Positions 1 through 10,012 of a stretch of 64,000 bases of DNA are shown piece after piece (positions within the stretch are counted from its first letter, which is position 1; every line of letters begins with the position of its first letter). This DNA is from an uncultured Actinomycetes bacterium (GTDB taxonomy: Bacteria > Actinomycetota > Thermoleophilia > UBA2241), in contig CAVYCN010000002.1 in the NCBI GenBank assembly GCA_963767005.1, positions 416,001 through 480,000 of the forward strand, read 5' to 3'. The notes under the pieces were generated by a model. The model was not told where the DNA came from, did not search any database, and saw only the letters and a program-made list of their open reading frames with translations. Both the position numbers and the translations under genes were made by a program.

Positions 1-336
1 CACGATGAGCCGGCGATCGGTGCGCAGCATGGCTTCGGCGACCCGTGCGCCCGCCAGGACGTTCGACTCGACCAGCGGCGCCACGTCGGCCGCGGCGTGC
101 TCGGCCACGAACATCGAGGCGAGGTGGAAGACGACGTCGGGCGCGGCCGCGGCCACGGCGGCGACGGCGCCGTCGGTGGAGCCGTCCCACCAGTGATCGT
201 CGACACCGGCGAGCGGCGTGGCGGACTCGAGCCCTTCGCGCAGCAGGCGGGCGACCCGCCAGCCCTCGGCGGCCAGGCGGGGCACCAGGTGGCCGCCCAC
301 GAAGCCGGTCGATCCGGTGACGAGGGCACGGCTCAC
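1..336 (-). CDS. NAD-dependent epimerase/dehydratase (extended SDR), 5' part; runs off the window start
   Basis: Hand translation from GTG at 336 gives MSRALVTGSTGFVGGHLV...PDVVFHLAS (TGxxGxxG Rossmann motif). GTGA overlap with the stop of the upstream epimerase. Not in the ORF track because it is truncated. Confidence 0.85.
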   Translation of the reverse strand, partial: MSRALVTGSTGFVGGHLVPRLAAEGWRVARLLREGLESATPLAGVDDHWWDGSTDGAVAAVAAAAPDVVFHLASMFVAEHAAADVAPLVESNVLAGARVAEAMLRTDRRLIV

Positions 337-896
337 GGCGCCACCTCAGCCTCGGAGCTGAAGACGAACGGCGAATCGAATGCGCTCAGCGCCGGCAGCG
401 CGGCGTCGCGGTCGGATACGTTGGGCCGTTCGAACGGCCAGACGAAACCGATCGAGTCCCAGCGCACGCCGGCGTCGGTGCCGGCGGCGTGCTCACCGAC
501 CGTGGCGTAGCTCATCACGCAGCCCTCGGTGAGGGCGGCAAAGCCGTGCGCCACGCCGCCGGCGACGACCAGCGCGTCACCGGGGCCGCGCAGGGCGAGC
601 GACACGGGACGACCGTAGGCTGGCGAGCCGCGCCGCAGGTCGACGAGCACGTCGAGCGCCTCGCCGGCCACGCAGGCGACGAGCTTCGCGCCGTCGTCAG
701 GCGGCAGCACGACGTGCATGCCGCGCACGACGCCGGCGTGCGACGAGCTGTGGAAGAGCTCACGGAAGGGCTCCCGAAGCCCGGCGGCGCTGAAGGCGGT
801 CGCCACGAACGGCTTGGCGAAGCTGCCGCGAGGGTCTTCGTGCACGTCTGCGGCGACCAGCAGGCAGCCCGGCACGTCGAGGGGTGTGAGCTTCAT
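333..896 (-). CDS. rfbC: dTDP-4-dehydrorhamnose 3,5-epimerase family (RmlC/RfbC-like cupin)
   Basis: MKLTPLDVPGC...HEDPRGSF...GVVRGMH...DVLVDLRRGSPAYG...GVAHGF...SDRDAALP; ATG at 896 overlaps the upstream stop (ATGA). Confidence 0.9.
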   Translation of the reverse strand: MKLTPLDVPGCLLVAADVHEDPRGSFAKPFVATAFSAAGLREPFRELFHSSSHAGVVRGMHVVLPPDDGAKLVACVAGEALDVLVDLRRGSPAYGRPVSLALRGPGDALVVAGGVAHGFAALTEGCVMSYATVGEHAAGTDAGVRWDSIGFVWPFERPNVSDRDAALPALSAFDSPFVFSSEAEVAP

Positions 897-2185
897 CGCG
901 CCGCGCCTCTCCAGGCCCGCAGGCGCAAGGCGCGAGCGACGGGGGCCGTCCTCTCCTGGCGCACGGCGTCGCCGATGGTCAGCACGACGAGCGCGGCCAG
1001 CGCCGCGGCGTAGACGATCACCGAGACCGAGGCGTCGATCGTGCCGAGCGCCGGCAGGTACACGTAGTCGACGGGGATCAGCAGCACGCCGAACAGGGCG
1101 ACGTAGACGAGGTCGTAGCGCGACACGCGGCGCGAGCTCAGGAACATGACGAGCGGAAAGTAGATGAGCGGCGTCGTGTAGTCGGCCGACACGAAGGGCA
1201 GGGTGATCGCCGCGATCACCATGAGCGCGGCCTTGCGCCACGACTCGCTCTCACGGAACGTTGCGTGCACGGCGAGCAGCCCGAAGACCGCGATGACGGC
1301 CAGCACGTAGGCGGTGTGCTGCCAGGGCTCCTCGACGCCGTGCAGCAGCAGGCTCGGTGCGCGCAGCAGGCCCCACAGCGTGTGACTATGCTGCATGCCG
1401 GCGCCAGCGTCGACCTGGATACCCTGATAGGTGCCCTTCTCGGCGTAGGCCTGCTGCCACACGGACATCATCGACCGGCCGGTGAGCAGCGCCAAGGCTC
1501 CGGTCGCGCCGACCGTGAGCGCCACCGCGCCGACCGCCGCCACGATGGCGGCCTTCAGGCGGCGCTCCGCTATGAGCAGCACGATCAGGGTCGCCGGGTA
1601 GACCTTCATGGCGATGGCGGCGGCTAGGCAGAGCCCCGCTCCCCACGCCGACTCGCGCCGGTAGACGAAGTAGAACATGCCGCCGACGAGCAGGAAGATG
1701 ACCATCTCGAGGTTGCCGCGATCGAGCGTGAAGAGCACGGGGTAGGACAGCGCCACCAGGATCACCGCGTACTGCAGCTTGAGCTGCCGGCCGGGCAGCA
1801 CGTCGAAGGCGTGACGCCACAGCAGCGTGACGAGGCCCGACACGTAGGCCAGGGCAAGCAGGGCGAGGCCGACCGACATCGGCAGCAGCGTGGCCCCGGC
1901 CACGAACAGGAAGGCAAGCGGGAAGTACACGAAGGGCGCCGGCTGGCCCTGCAGGAAGTGCGACACGTACCGATACGTGTTGTTCCAGTCGTTGAAATGA
2001 TCGCTCGGCAGGAACAGGAACGTGCTGTAGGGGTAGCCGCGGCCCAGGTAGTAGGCCATCACGTAGTGGAACACGACGGCCGCGGTGGTGCCGGTCAGGA
2101 CGATCGACGCAAGGAGGGCAAGACGGCGGCGCCTAGCGTCGGTCACGCCATCGCCGTCGAACGCTCGCACCGATCGGTCGCCCAC
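893..2185 (-). CDS. GT87/DUF2029-like polytopic GT-C glycosyltransferase
   Basis: About 10 hydrophobic segments; motifs DHFNDW, FVYFP, LDRGNLE, AMKVYP. GTG at 2185 follows a purine-rich SD (AAGGGAAGGGGA). Confidence 0.8.
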   Translation of the reverse strand: MGDRSVRAFDGDGVTDARRRRLALLASIVLTGTTAAVVFHYVMAYYLGRGYPYSTFLFLPSDHFNDWNNTYRYVSHFLQGQPAPFVYFPLAFLFVAGATLLPMSVGLALLALAYVSGLVTLLWRHAFDVLPGRQLKLQYAVILVALSYPVLFTLDRGNLEMVIFLLVGGMFYFVYRRESAWGAGLCLAAAIAMKVYPATLIVLLIAERRLKAAIVAAVGAVALTVGATGALALLTGRSMMSVWQQAYAEKGTYQGIQVDAGAGMQHSHTLWGLLRAPSLLLHGVEEPWQHTAYVLAVIAVFGLLAVHATFRESESWRKAALMVIAAITLPFVSADYTTPLIYFPLVMFLSSRRVSRYDLVYVALFGVLLIPVDYVYLPALGTIDASVSVIVYAAALAALVVLTIGDAVRQERTAPVARALRLRAWRGAAR

Positions 2186-2286
2186 TGTTCCCCTTCCCTT
2201 CGCTGTGGCCCCCGAGAGGCGCCATCCGGCGGGTGTGCGGCGGCGCTGGGGGCACGCCACGGGCAGCCCAGCTCCGCTCCCCCCAT

Positions 2287-2313
2287 CTATCGGCGATATC
2301 CGGCGAAGGTTTA
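2287..2313 (-). promoter_or_regulatory. sigma28/WhiG-type promoter of the GT87-rfbC-SDR operon
   Basis: Minus strand TAAA-N15-GCCGATAG (consensus TAAA-N15-GCCGATAA), just downstream of the XRE gene terminator. Confidence 0.75.
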
Positions 2314-2327
2314 CGAAGCGGGCAACG

Positions 2328-2352
2328 AAAAACGACCGGCCGGGGCCGGTCG
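2328..2352 (-). terminator. Intrinsic terminator after the XRE regulator gene
   Basis: Minus strand CGACCGGCC-CC-GGCCGGTCG followed by TTTTT. Confidence 0.75.
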
Positions 2353-2383
2353 CGGAGGGCGGAAGGGCGCTCTCGCCGTCGCG

Positions 2384-2788
2384 TCAGACGGCCAGGATCT
2401 GCGAGCGTTCGCCGTTCGTGTGGCCGTTACCGGAGCGCTCCAGCATGGCCTTCATCTCGTCGGACAGCGGCGTGTGCAGCAGCAGCACGCTGTAGAGAGC
2501 GTCGATCAGGTGCGTGGAGGCGTCGAGCACGTCGGCCACCTGGCGCAGGCGGAACTCGAGGAAGAAGTCGGGCTCGACGCAGAGTGCCGTCGCGATGATG
2601 CGGATGACCGGGTCGGCGGGCACCGGACGGGTGCCCTTGGTGAGATGGTTGAGGTAGCCGGCCGAAAGCTGGGTCTTGTAGGCGAGCTGCCGGTAGCTCA
2701 GGTGGCGCTCCTCCATGAGGCCCTTGAGAGCAGCCTGGAAGCGCTCGCGAGAGTAACGCGGCCGGTTCGGTTTGAGCATGGTCTGCAT
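2384..2788 (-). CDS. XRE-family helix-turn-helix transcriptional regulator
   Basis: LKGLMEERHLSYRQLAYKTQLSAGYLNHLTKGTRPVP...IATALCV fits the HTH_3 pattern. Confidence 0.85.
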   Translation of the reverse strand: MQTMLKPNRPRYSRERFQAALKGLMEERHLSYRQLAYKTQLSAGYLNHLTKGTRPVPADPVIRIIATALCVEPDFFLEFRLRQVADVLDASTHLIDALYSVLLLHTPLSDEMKAMLERSGNGHTNGERSQILAV

Positions 2789-2799
2789 ATCGCTAGACG

Positions 2800-2827
2800 T
2801 TATCGCCCAAAGCCGCCAACAACTTGA
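2800..2827 (-). promoter_or_regulatory. Candidate sigma28/WhiG-type promoter of the XRE gene
   Basis: Minus strand TCAAG-N15-GGCGATAA, 11 nt before the ATG at 2788. Confidence 0.5.
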
Positions 2828-2907
2828 GGGGACTGCAGGCCTTTTGTCGCCCGTTCAGACAACGCGCGAGCCTGAGCCGCGGCCGGCCGCGGGGGCGCGA
2901 CGGCGCG

Positions 2908-4602
2908 CTACGAGGCGGCGAGCGCCGCGCGGACGGCGTCGACGAGGTCGGCCACGGGCACGTCGCGACGCTCGCCGCCGGCCCGCTGCTTGAGCTCGGC
3001 CACTCGCTCAGCGGCCCGCTTGCCGACGACCACTTGGAGGGGGCAGCCCAGCAGGTCGGCGTCGTTGAACTTGACGCCGGCCGACACGTCGCGGTCGTCG
3101 AGCAGCACTTCGACGCCGCGCGCCTGGAGCTCGGCGTGGATCTCGTCGGCGAGCGCCGCCTGGACGGCGTCGGCCGGCCGCACGACGACGACATGTACGG
3201 TAAACGGCGCGAGCGCCGCCGGCCAGACGATGCCGTGGTCGTCGTGGTGCTGCTCGACCGCGGCCGCGGCGATGCGGGCCACGCCGATGCCGTAGCTGCC
3301 CATGATGATCGGCTGCTCCTCGCCCTGCTCGTCGAGGTAGGTCGCGCCCATCGGCAGCGAGTACTTGGTGCCGAGCTGGAAGATGTTCGCGACCTCGATG
3401 ACCCGCTCGCCACGCAGCGGCGTGCGGCACTCCGGGCAGCGGTCGCCGGCGTGCACGACGCGCAGGTCGTGGTAGTCGCCGACGATCTCATCGGCGGCGA
3501 TGCCGCTGAGATGGTGATCGGGCTTGTTGGCGCCGCCGGTGAAGATGCCGCCGCGCAGCGCCTCGTCGGCGACGATCGGCAGCGGGCTGCCGACCGGACC
3601 GACGAAGCCCGGCTCAACGCCCTGGGCGGCCAGTACCTCGTCGGCGGTCGCCAGGCGGAACTCGCCGATCACGCGGCGCAGCTTGCCCTCGTGCAGGTCG
3701 TGGTCGCCGCGCACGAGCGCGAGCACGGGACCGCGCTCCTCGCTCACCACGACGAGCGACTTGACGAGGTCGCGCGGCTCGATGCCCAGGAAGGCCGAGA
3801 CCTGGGCGATGGTGCGCTGGCCGGGTGTGGCCACCTCGCGGCCGCCCTCGCCGACCCCGCCGGCGGGCGGCGGGGCGTCGTCGGGCGCGGCGACGGCGAG
3901 CTCGACGTTGGCGGCATAACCGCAGCTCTCGCAGAACACGATCTCGTCCTCGCCGGCCTCACTCGGTGCCATGTACTCGTGGGCGATGGCGCCGCCCATC
4001 ATGCCCGGGTCGGACAGCACGAGGCGTACGGTCAGGCCGCAGCGCGCGAAGATGCGGTCGTAGGCGCCGATGTGCTTCTCGTAGCTCACCTGCAGCGCGT
4101 CGAAGTCGGTGTCGAGGCTGTAGGAGTCCTTCATGATGAATTCGCGCACGCGCAGGAGGCCGCTCTTGGGGCGCGCCTCGTCGCGCTCCTTGATCTGCAG
4201 ATGGAACCAGAGCTGCGGCAACTGGCGGTACGAGTGGACCTCGTGGGCAGCGAGCCAGGTCACGACCTCTTCATGGGTCATGGCGAGGACCATGTCGGTG
4301 CCCTTGCGGTCCTTGAACCGGAAGAGCTCGTCGCCGATCGACTGCCATCGGCCCGACTGCTGCCAGATCTCAGCGGGGTTCACGACCGGGTAGAGCATCT
4401 CCTGACAGCCGATCGCCTCCATCTCCTCGCGCACGATGGCCTCGATCCTGCGCATGACGCGCCAGCCGGCCGGCAGGAAGATGTAGATGCCCGCCGCGAG
4501 CTGGCGGATGAGGCCGGCGCGGACCATGAGCTTGTGGCTCGCCGCCTCGGCGCCGGCGGGGTCTTCTTTGACGGTCGGAAGCAGCAACTGGCTGGCGCGC
4601 AA
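2908..4602 (-). CDS. proS: Proline--tRNA ligase (bacterial type with INS editing domain)
   Basis: LRASQLLLPTVKEDP, ERDEARPKSGLLRVREFIMKDSYS, IFQLGTKYS, MGSYGIG; TTG start after AGGAG. Confidence 0.97.
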   Translation of the reverse strand: MRASQLLLPTVKEDPAGAEAASHKLMVRAGLIRQLAAGIYIFLPAGWRVMRRIEAIVREEMEAIGCQEMLYPVVNPAEIWQQSGRWQSIGDELFRFKDRKGTDMVLAMTHEEVVTWLAAHEVHSYRQLPQLWFHLQIKERDEARPKSGLLRVREFIMKDSYSLDTDFDALQVSYEKHIGAYDRIFARCGLTVRLVLSDPGMMGGAIAHEYMAPSEAGEDEIVFCESCGYAANVELAVAAPDDAPPPAGGVGEGGREVATPGQRTIAQVSAFLGIEPRDLVKSLVVVSEERGPVLALVRGDHDLHEGKLRRVIGEFRLATADEVLAAQGVEPGFVGPVGSPLPIVADEALRGGIFTGGANKPDHHLSGIAADEIVGDYHDLRVVHAGDRCPECRTPLRGERVIEVANIFQLGTKYSLPMGATYLDEQGEEQPIIMGSYGIGVARIAAAAVEQHHDDHGIVWPAALAPFTVHVVVVRPADAVQAALADEIHAELQARGVEVLLDDRDVSAGVKFNDADLLGCPLQVVVGKRAAERVAELKQRAGGERRDVPVADLVDAVRAALAAS

Positions 4603-4702
4603 GCGGGACTCCTGACGTGTCGTTCGGGCGGGGCCGGGGCGCTGCCGCCGGCCCCCCTGACGTGGCCCCCGGCGGGGCGACCGGCGCGGGGCGACGGCTG
4701 TC

Positions 4703-4789
4703 ATGATACGGCACCCGTGGCGCGAGCCGCAATCGTGGGGCCGGCTTGCGCCAGCCCCGTTGCGGAGGCTCGCGCCGCCTCCATATACT
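4703..4789. promoter_or_regulatory. Back-to-back sigmaA-type promoters for proS (-) and uxs (+)
   Basis: Minus: TTGCGG(4732-4727)-N18-TATCAT(4708-4703). Plus: TTGCGG(4760-4765)-N18-TATACT(4784-4789). Confidence 0.55.
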
Positions 4790-4840
4790 CGCCCTGACCC
4801 CGGGCGCCGTTCCGGTCCGGGAGCGGCGAAAGGAGCGGTC

Positions 4841-5800
<960 letters not shown>

Positions 5801-5806
5801 CCCGAG

Positions 5807-7969
5807 GTGAGCTCCCGCAAGCGGCGCGCCCCCGCGCGGACCGGCCGGCGGCCGCCGGCCCCGCGCGCGGCCCCGCCCCCCGCCGACCGCCCCACCGCGG
5901 CGCCGCCGCCCCGGCCGGCCACCGCCGCGGGTGCACCGGCAGCCGCACCGGCCGCCCGCTTCATGCCCGCGGCCACCCTGGCGGTCACCTTCGCCGGCGC
6001 GCTCATCCTGTTCGCCCTGACGCTCGCGCCCACCATCACCTTTGAGGACGCCGGCGAGCTGATCGCCGCGGCCTCGTCGCTGGGCGTCCCCCACGAGCCG
6101 GGCTACCCGCTCTGGACCCTGGTCGCCCACGCCTTCACCTGGCTGCCGATCGGCAACGTCGCGCTCCGCTGCAACCTCATGTCGGCCGTCTTTACCGCCC
6201 TGGCGGCGGCGCTCGTCGCGTGGGCGACGATGCTCATCGTCGACGACTGCCGGGGCGGCGGGGCCGGCGGCCGGCCGGGCAGCGCACGACGGTCCGGCTC
6301 CGCCGCCCCGGGCCGGGCCCAGGCCGACTTGGCCGCGGCCTCCCCGTGGTGGCCGGCGACCGGCGCCGGCAGCCTGCTCCCGTGTGCCGCCGGACTGGCG
6401 GCCGGCCTGCTGGCGGCCACCGCCGCCACCACCTGGAGCCAGGCGATCATCACCGAGGTCTACGGCCTGAACGCCGCGCTTGTCGGCCTCCTCCTCGTGC
6501 TCACGCTGGTCTGGGGCCGGGCGCCGACGGCGCGCCTGCGGGGCCGGCTGTTCCTTGCGATCTGCCTCGTGATGGGGCTCGGCCTGACGGCCCACGACAC
6601 GTTCATCGTCTTTCTGCCGGTCGTCGCCCTCTACGGCCTCGTCCTCGAACGCCGTCTGCGACCCTCGTGGGGGCGCCTCGCGGCCGGCGCCGGCATGTAC
6701 TTCCTCGGCCTTGCTCCGTACCTGTACCTGCCGCTCGCCGCCGCCCGCTCACCGCTGATGGACTGGGGCGATCCCCGCTCCTGGACGACCTTCTGGCGGG
6801 TGGTCACGCGGCGGCAGTACGTGACCGGCGGCCACTCCGGCCCGCGCGCCACGCTCGCCGAGCTCGGCACGAGCGTGTCGCTGCTCGTCCACCAGTGGCT
6901 GCCCTTGCTGCTCGTGCTGGCCGCCGTCGGCCTCGCCGTCCTCTTCACGCGGCGCCGGCCCCTGTTCTGGCTGGCCGTCGCCCTGGTGGTCGCCACCTGG
7001 CCGGTAGTGACCCTCGTCACCGACTTCCCCACAAACACGGCCACAGCCTCGCTGAACGCCGACGACCGCGCCCTCGTGTCCGTCTTCTACATCCCCTCGT
7101 ACCTCGTGCTCGCCCTGCTCATGGGGCTCGGTGCCTGGTGGCTCGCGGCGCGGGTGCTGACGTGGCGCGCCGCGCAGCGGTCGGCGGGTGCGCCCGCGCT
7201 CGCCGGCGTCCTGGCGGCCATTCTCGTGGCCGTGCCGCTCGGCCTCGGCGCGGCCCGCGCGCCGAGCCTCACCATGCATCGCTACCGCTTCGCCGACGCC
7301 TACATCCACAACGTGCTGCTCCTCGCCGCGCCGCACTCCCTGATCATGGTCGACCGCGACCAGTTCGGCTTTCCACTCGACTACGCCCAGGACGTCGACG
7401 GCCTACGGCCCGACGTCGTGGTCCTCGACCAGGAGCTGCTGCGCCGGAGCTGGTACCTGCACGACCTGCAGCGCCGCTACCCCGCGCTGATCGCCGGCTC
7501 ACGCACCCAGGTCCAGGCGTTCCTGACGGCGGTCGCGCCGTTCGAGGCGGGCCGGCCGTACGACGGCAGCGCGATCGACACCGCCTACTACGCGATGATC
7601 GCCTCGCTCGTGCGTCAGTACGCCGCTGCCGGGCGCAGCGTCTATTTCACGTATGGTCCCGACGCGCGCATCGTGAGCGGGTTCTACGGCGAGCCGCTCG
7701 CCGTCGTGCTGGGGGCGCGTACCACAGGGCCGGGCAAGACCGAGGCCGCGCTGCAGCGCTGGCTCACGCCGGTCGACCTCGGCCGCTACGACTTCGCCCA
7801 CCTGACCGACGGCACCGTGCCGCTCGACCGCAACGTGCTCATGATCCGCACCTGGTACGGCGAGGTCCTCTCCAGGCGCGCCGAGCTGCTCGCCGAGGCG
7901 GGCAGTGCGAGCCAGGCCGCCGCCTTTGCCGCGCTCGCCACGAAGTTCGGGGCAAAGAGCGGCAACTAG
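5807..7969 (+). CDS. DUF2723 (TMEM260-like) GT-C membrane protein
   Basis: Signature APTITFEDAGELIAAASSLGVPHEPGYPLW, WSQAIITEVY, YLYLPLAA..P..DWGDP; about 11 TM segments plus a C-terminal soluble domain. Confidence 0.85.
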   Translation: MSSRKRRAPARTGRRPPAPRAAPPPADRPTAAPPPRPATAAGAPAAAPAARFMPAATLAVTFAGALILFALTLAPTITFEDAGELIAAASSLGVPHEPGYPLWTLVAHAFTWLPIGNVALRCNLMSAVFTALAAALVAWATMLIVDDCRGGGAGGRPGSARRSGSAAPGRAQADLAAASPWWPATGAGSLLPCAAGLAAGLLAATAATTWSQAIITEVYGLNAALVGLLLVLTLVWGRAPTARLRGRLFLAICLVMGLGLTAHDTFIVFLPVVALYGLVLERRLRPSWGRLAAGAGMYFLGLAPYLYLPLAAARSPLMDWGDPRSWTTFWRVVTRRQYVTGGHSGPRATLAELGTSVSLLVHQWLPLLLVLAAVGLAVLFTRRRPLFWLAVALVVATWPVVTLVTDFPTNTATASLNADDRALVSVFYIPSYLVLALLMGLGAWWLAARVLTWRAAQRSAGAPALAGVLAAILVAVPLGLGAARAPSLTMHRYRFADAYIHNVLLLAAPHSLIMVDRDQFGFPLDYAQDVDGLRPDVVVLDQELLRRSWYLHDLQRRYPALIAGSRTQVQAFLTAVAPFEAGRPYDGSAIDTAYYAMIASLVRQYAAAGRSVYFTYGPDARIVSGFYGEPLAVVLGARTTGPGKTEAALQRWLTPVDLGRYDFAHLTDGTVPLDRNVLMIRTWYGEVLSRRAELLAEAGSASQAAAFAALATKFGAKSGN

Positions 7970-7980
7970 GTCGCGCGCGA

Positions 7981-8007
7981 CGACGGGTCCGCCGATCGAG
8001 CCCGTCG
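7981..8007. terminator. Possible hairpin between the convergent DUF2723 and ispG genes
   Basis: CGACGGG...CCCGTCG stem, no U tract. Confidence 0.3.
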
Positions 8008-8014
8008 CTGAGGC

Positions 8015-9100
8015 TCAGCCGGGTGCGAGTTCGTCGCGCGCTTCGCTACCGCCGTCGAGCTCGGCGTCGATGAGCGCGAAGAGCGCCCCGACGAGATCGG
8101 CCTCGGGCACCGTGGCGACCTTCTCACCGTGCGCGAAGACGATCCCCTCTCCCCTGCCGGCCGCGATCCCGAAGTCGGCGTGGCGCGCCTCTTCGGGGCC
8201 GTTCACGCGGCAGCCCATCACCGCCACGCTGATCGGCGCCCGGTAGGCGGCCAGACGCGCCTCGACGGCCTCGGCCAGGCCGACCAGGTCGACCTCGGTG
8301 CGCGCGCAGGTCGGGCACGAGATGAGGTTGGGGCCGCGACGGCGCAGCTCGAGCGCGGCGAGGATCGCCCAGGCGACCCGCACCTCCTCGACCGGGTCGC
8401 CCGTGAGCGACACGCGCAGCGTGTCGCCGATGCCCTCGGCCAGCAGAGCGCCGATGCCGACCGCGCTCTTGATCGTGCCGGCCCACGGCGTGCCGGCCTC
8501 GGTCACGCCGACGTGCAGGGGAGCGTCGGTGCGCGCCGCCAGAGCCCGGTAGGCGGCGATGGTGTCGGGCACGCTGGAGCTCTTCACCGACAGCTTGAAC
8601 TCCGTGAAGCCCCACGACTCGCAGCGCTCGGCGTGGCGCACAGCGGCTTCGACCAGGGCCTCGACCGGCTTCGTGACGGCCAGCGCGCGCAGGTCGCGCG
8701 GCAGCGAGCCGGAGTTCACGCCGATGCGTACGGCCGCGCCGTGCTCCGCGGCGGCCCGCACGATGGCACGCACATGCGCGTCACTACCGATCGTGCCGGG
8801 GTTGATGCGCACGGCGGCGGCGCCGTGCTCGAGCGCCGCCAGCGCAAGACGCCAATCAAAATGGATGTCGGCGACGATCGGCACCGGCGCATGCCGCACG
8901 ATGCGGGCGAAGGCCTCGACATCGGCGGCGGCCGGCAGCGACACGCGCACGAGCTCGCTGCCGGCCGCCGCCAGCGCGCCGACCTGGGCGAGGGTCGCCG
9001 CGGCGTCACCGGTCGGCGTGTTCGTCATCGACTGCACGGCGACCGGGGCGCCGCCGCCCACCGGCACACCGCCCACGCTGATCTGTCGCCTGCTGGGCAC
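8015..9100 (-). CDS. ispG: 4-hydroxy-3-methylbut-2-en-1-yl diphosphate synthase
   Basis: VAVQSMTNT, PIVADIHF, RINPG, RIGVNSGS, HVGVTEAG, GDTLRVSL, ISCPTCAR, MGCRVNGP. Start uncertain (GTG at 9100 or 9181). Confidence 0.96.
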   Translation of the reverse strand: MPSRRQISVGGVPVGGGAPVAVQSMTNTPTGDAAATLAQVGALAAAGSELVRVSLPAAADVEAFARIVRHAPVPIVADIHFDWRLALAALEHGAAAVRINPGTIGSDAHVRAIVRAAAEHGAAVRIGVNSGSLPRDLRALAVTKPVEALVEAAVRHAERCESWGFTEFKLSVKSSSVPDTIAAYRALAARTDAPLHVGVTEAGTPWAGTIKSAVGIGALLAEGIGDTLRVSLTGDPVEEVRVAWAILAALELRRRGPNLISCPTCARTEVDLVGLAEAVEARLAAYRAPISVAVMGCRVNGPEEARHADFGIAAGRGEGIVFAHGEKVATVPEADLVGALFALIDAELDGGSEARDELAPG

Positions 9101-9198
9101 GCCGGGGCCTAACGCCGCGCGCCGCCGGCCGGCGGCCTGTCGGTCAAAGGGAACGTTGCCATCACGGTCGGAGGATACCACCCGACCGCACTCGCGCC

Positions 9199-9948
9199 TC
9201 AGCCCGAAGCGAGCGCCTCGAGGGCGGCCGGCACGTCGGAGAGGCGAGCCACGACGGCGTCCGCGCCGCCGCGCGGCGCCCCCTCGGCGGCGATCAGGAT
9301 CGCGCGGCAACCGGCGGCACGAGCCATGGCCACGTCGCTTGCCGTGCTGTCACCGACCACGACGATCTCGGCCGGTCTCAGGCCATGGTCGCGCTCCACG
9401 CATTCGAGCAGGTACGTGCCGGGCTTGCCGGCGCAGAAGTCCCAGGAGCGCCCGAGACGCGCGACGACCCTGTCGATCGTCTCACGCGCCGCGGGCCGGC
9501 GCTCGCCGTCACCGACCGGGTAGTCGGTGTCTAGGTTGGCGGCGATGAACTCGGCGCCGGGTGCGAGATCGAGCGGCAGCGACGCGGCGTCGAACTGCGG
9601 CGCGAAACCGACGACGAGCGCCTGGGCGCGGACCGGGTCGGCCGTCACGGCGACTCCATGGGCGCGCAGCTCGTCGCCCAGACCGGGCAGCCCCACGACG
9701 TAGACCTCGGTGTAGCCGCGCTCGACCGCATAACGCGCGACCGCCACGGCCGACGAGTAGATCTCGGCCCGCGCTGCCGCGATGCCCATCGCGGCGAGGC
9801 GCTCGCACAGCCCGCGGGCACCGACGGCGGAGGCGTTGGTGACGAACAGCGTCGCCAGGTCGCGGGCGCGCACCGCGGCGACGACCTCGGGGGCTCCGGG
9901 CACCACCCGACTGCCGACATACAGCGTGCCGTCGAGGTCGAAGGCCAC
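9199..9948 (-). CDS. HAD-IIA (NagD-like) phosphatase
   Basis: FDLDGTL, FVTN, GKP, VVGDSTASDVAMA. The true start may be further upstream and non-canonical. Confidence 0.88.
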   Translation of the reverse strand: MAFDLDGTLYVGSRVVPGAPEVVAAVRARDLATLFVTNASAVGARGLCERLAAMGIAAARAEIYSSAVAVARYAVERGYTEVYVVGLPGLGDELRAHGVAVTADPVRAQALVVGFAPQFDAASLPLDLAPGAEFIAANLDTDYPVGDGERRPAARETIDRVVARLGRSWDFCAGKPGTYLLECVERDHGLRPAEIVVVGDSTASDVAMARAAGCRAILIAAEGAPRGGADAVVARLSDVPAALEALASG

Positions 9949-10012
9949 CGCCCTGACCGGATCGGTGACGGGCGCCGTCGCCGGCGCCGCCGACGAGCCG
10001 CCGCGGCCGGCC

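Noticed and set aside
4603-4700. T-box riboswitch upstream of proS
   Set aside because: The leader is only about 95 nt and lacks the T-box consensus and specifier stem.
7965-7985. Repeat-family copy after the DUF2723 TAG stop (actag-gtc-gcgcgcgacga)
   Set aside because: Only a 5+11 nt match with a gap, and the rest of the unit is absent.
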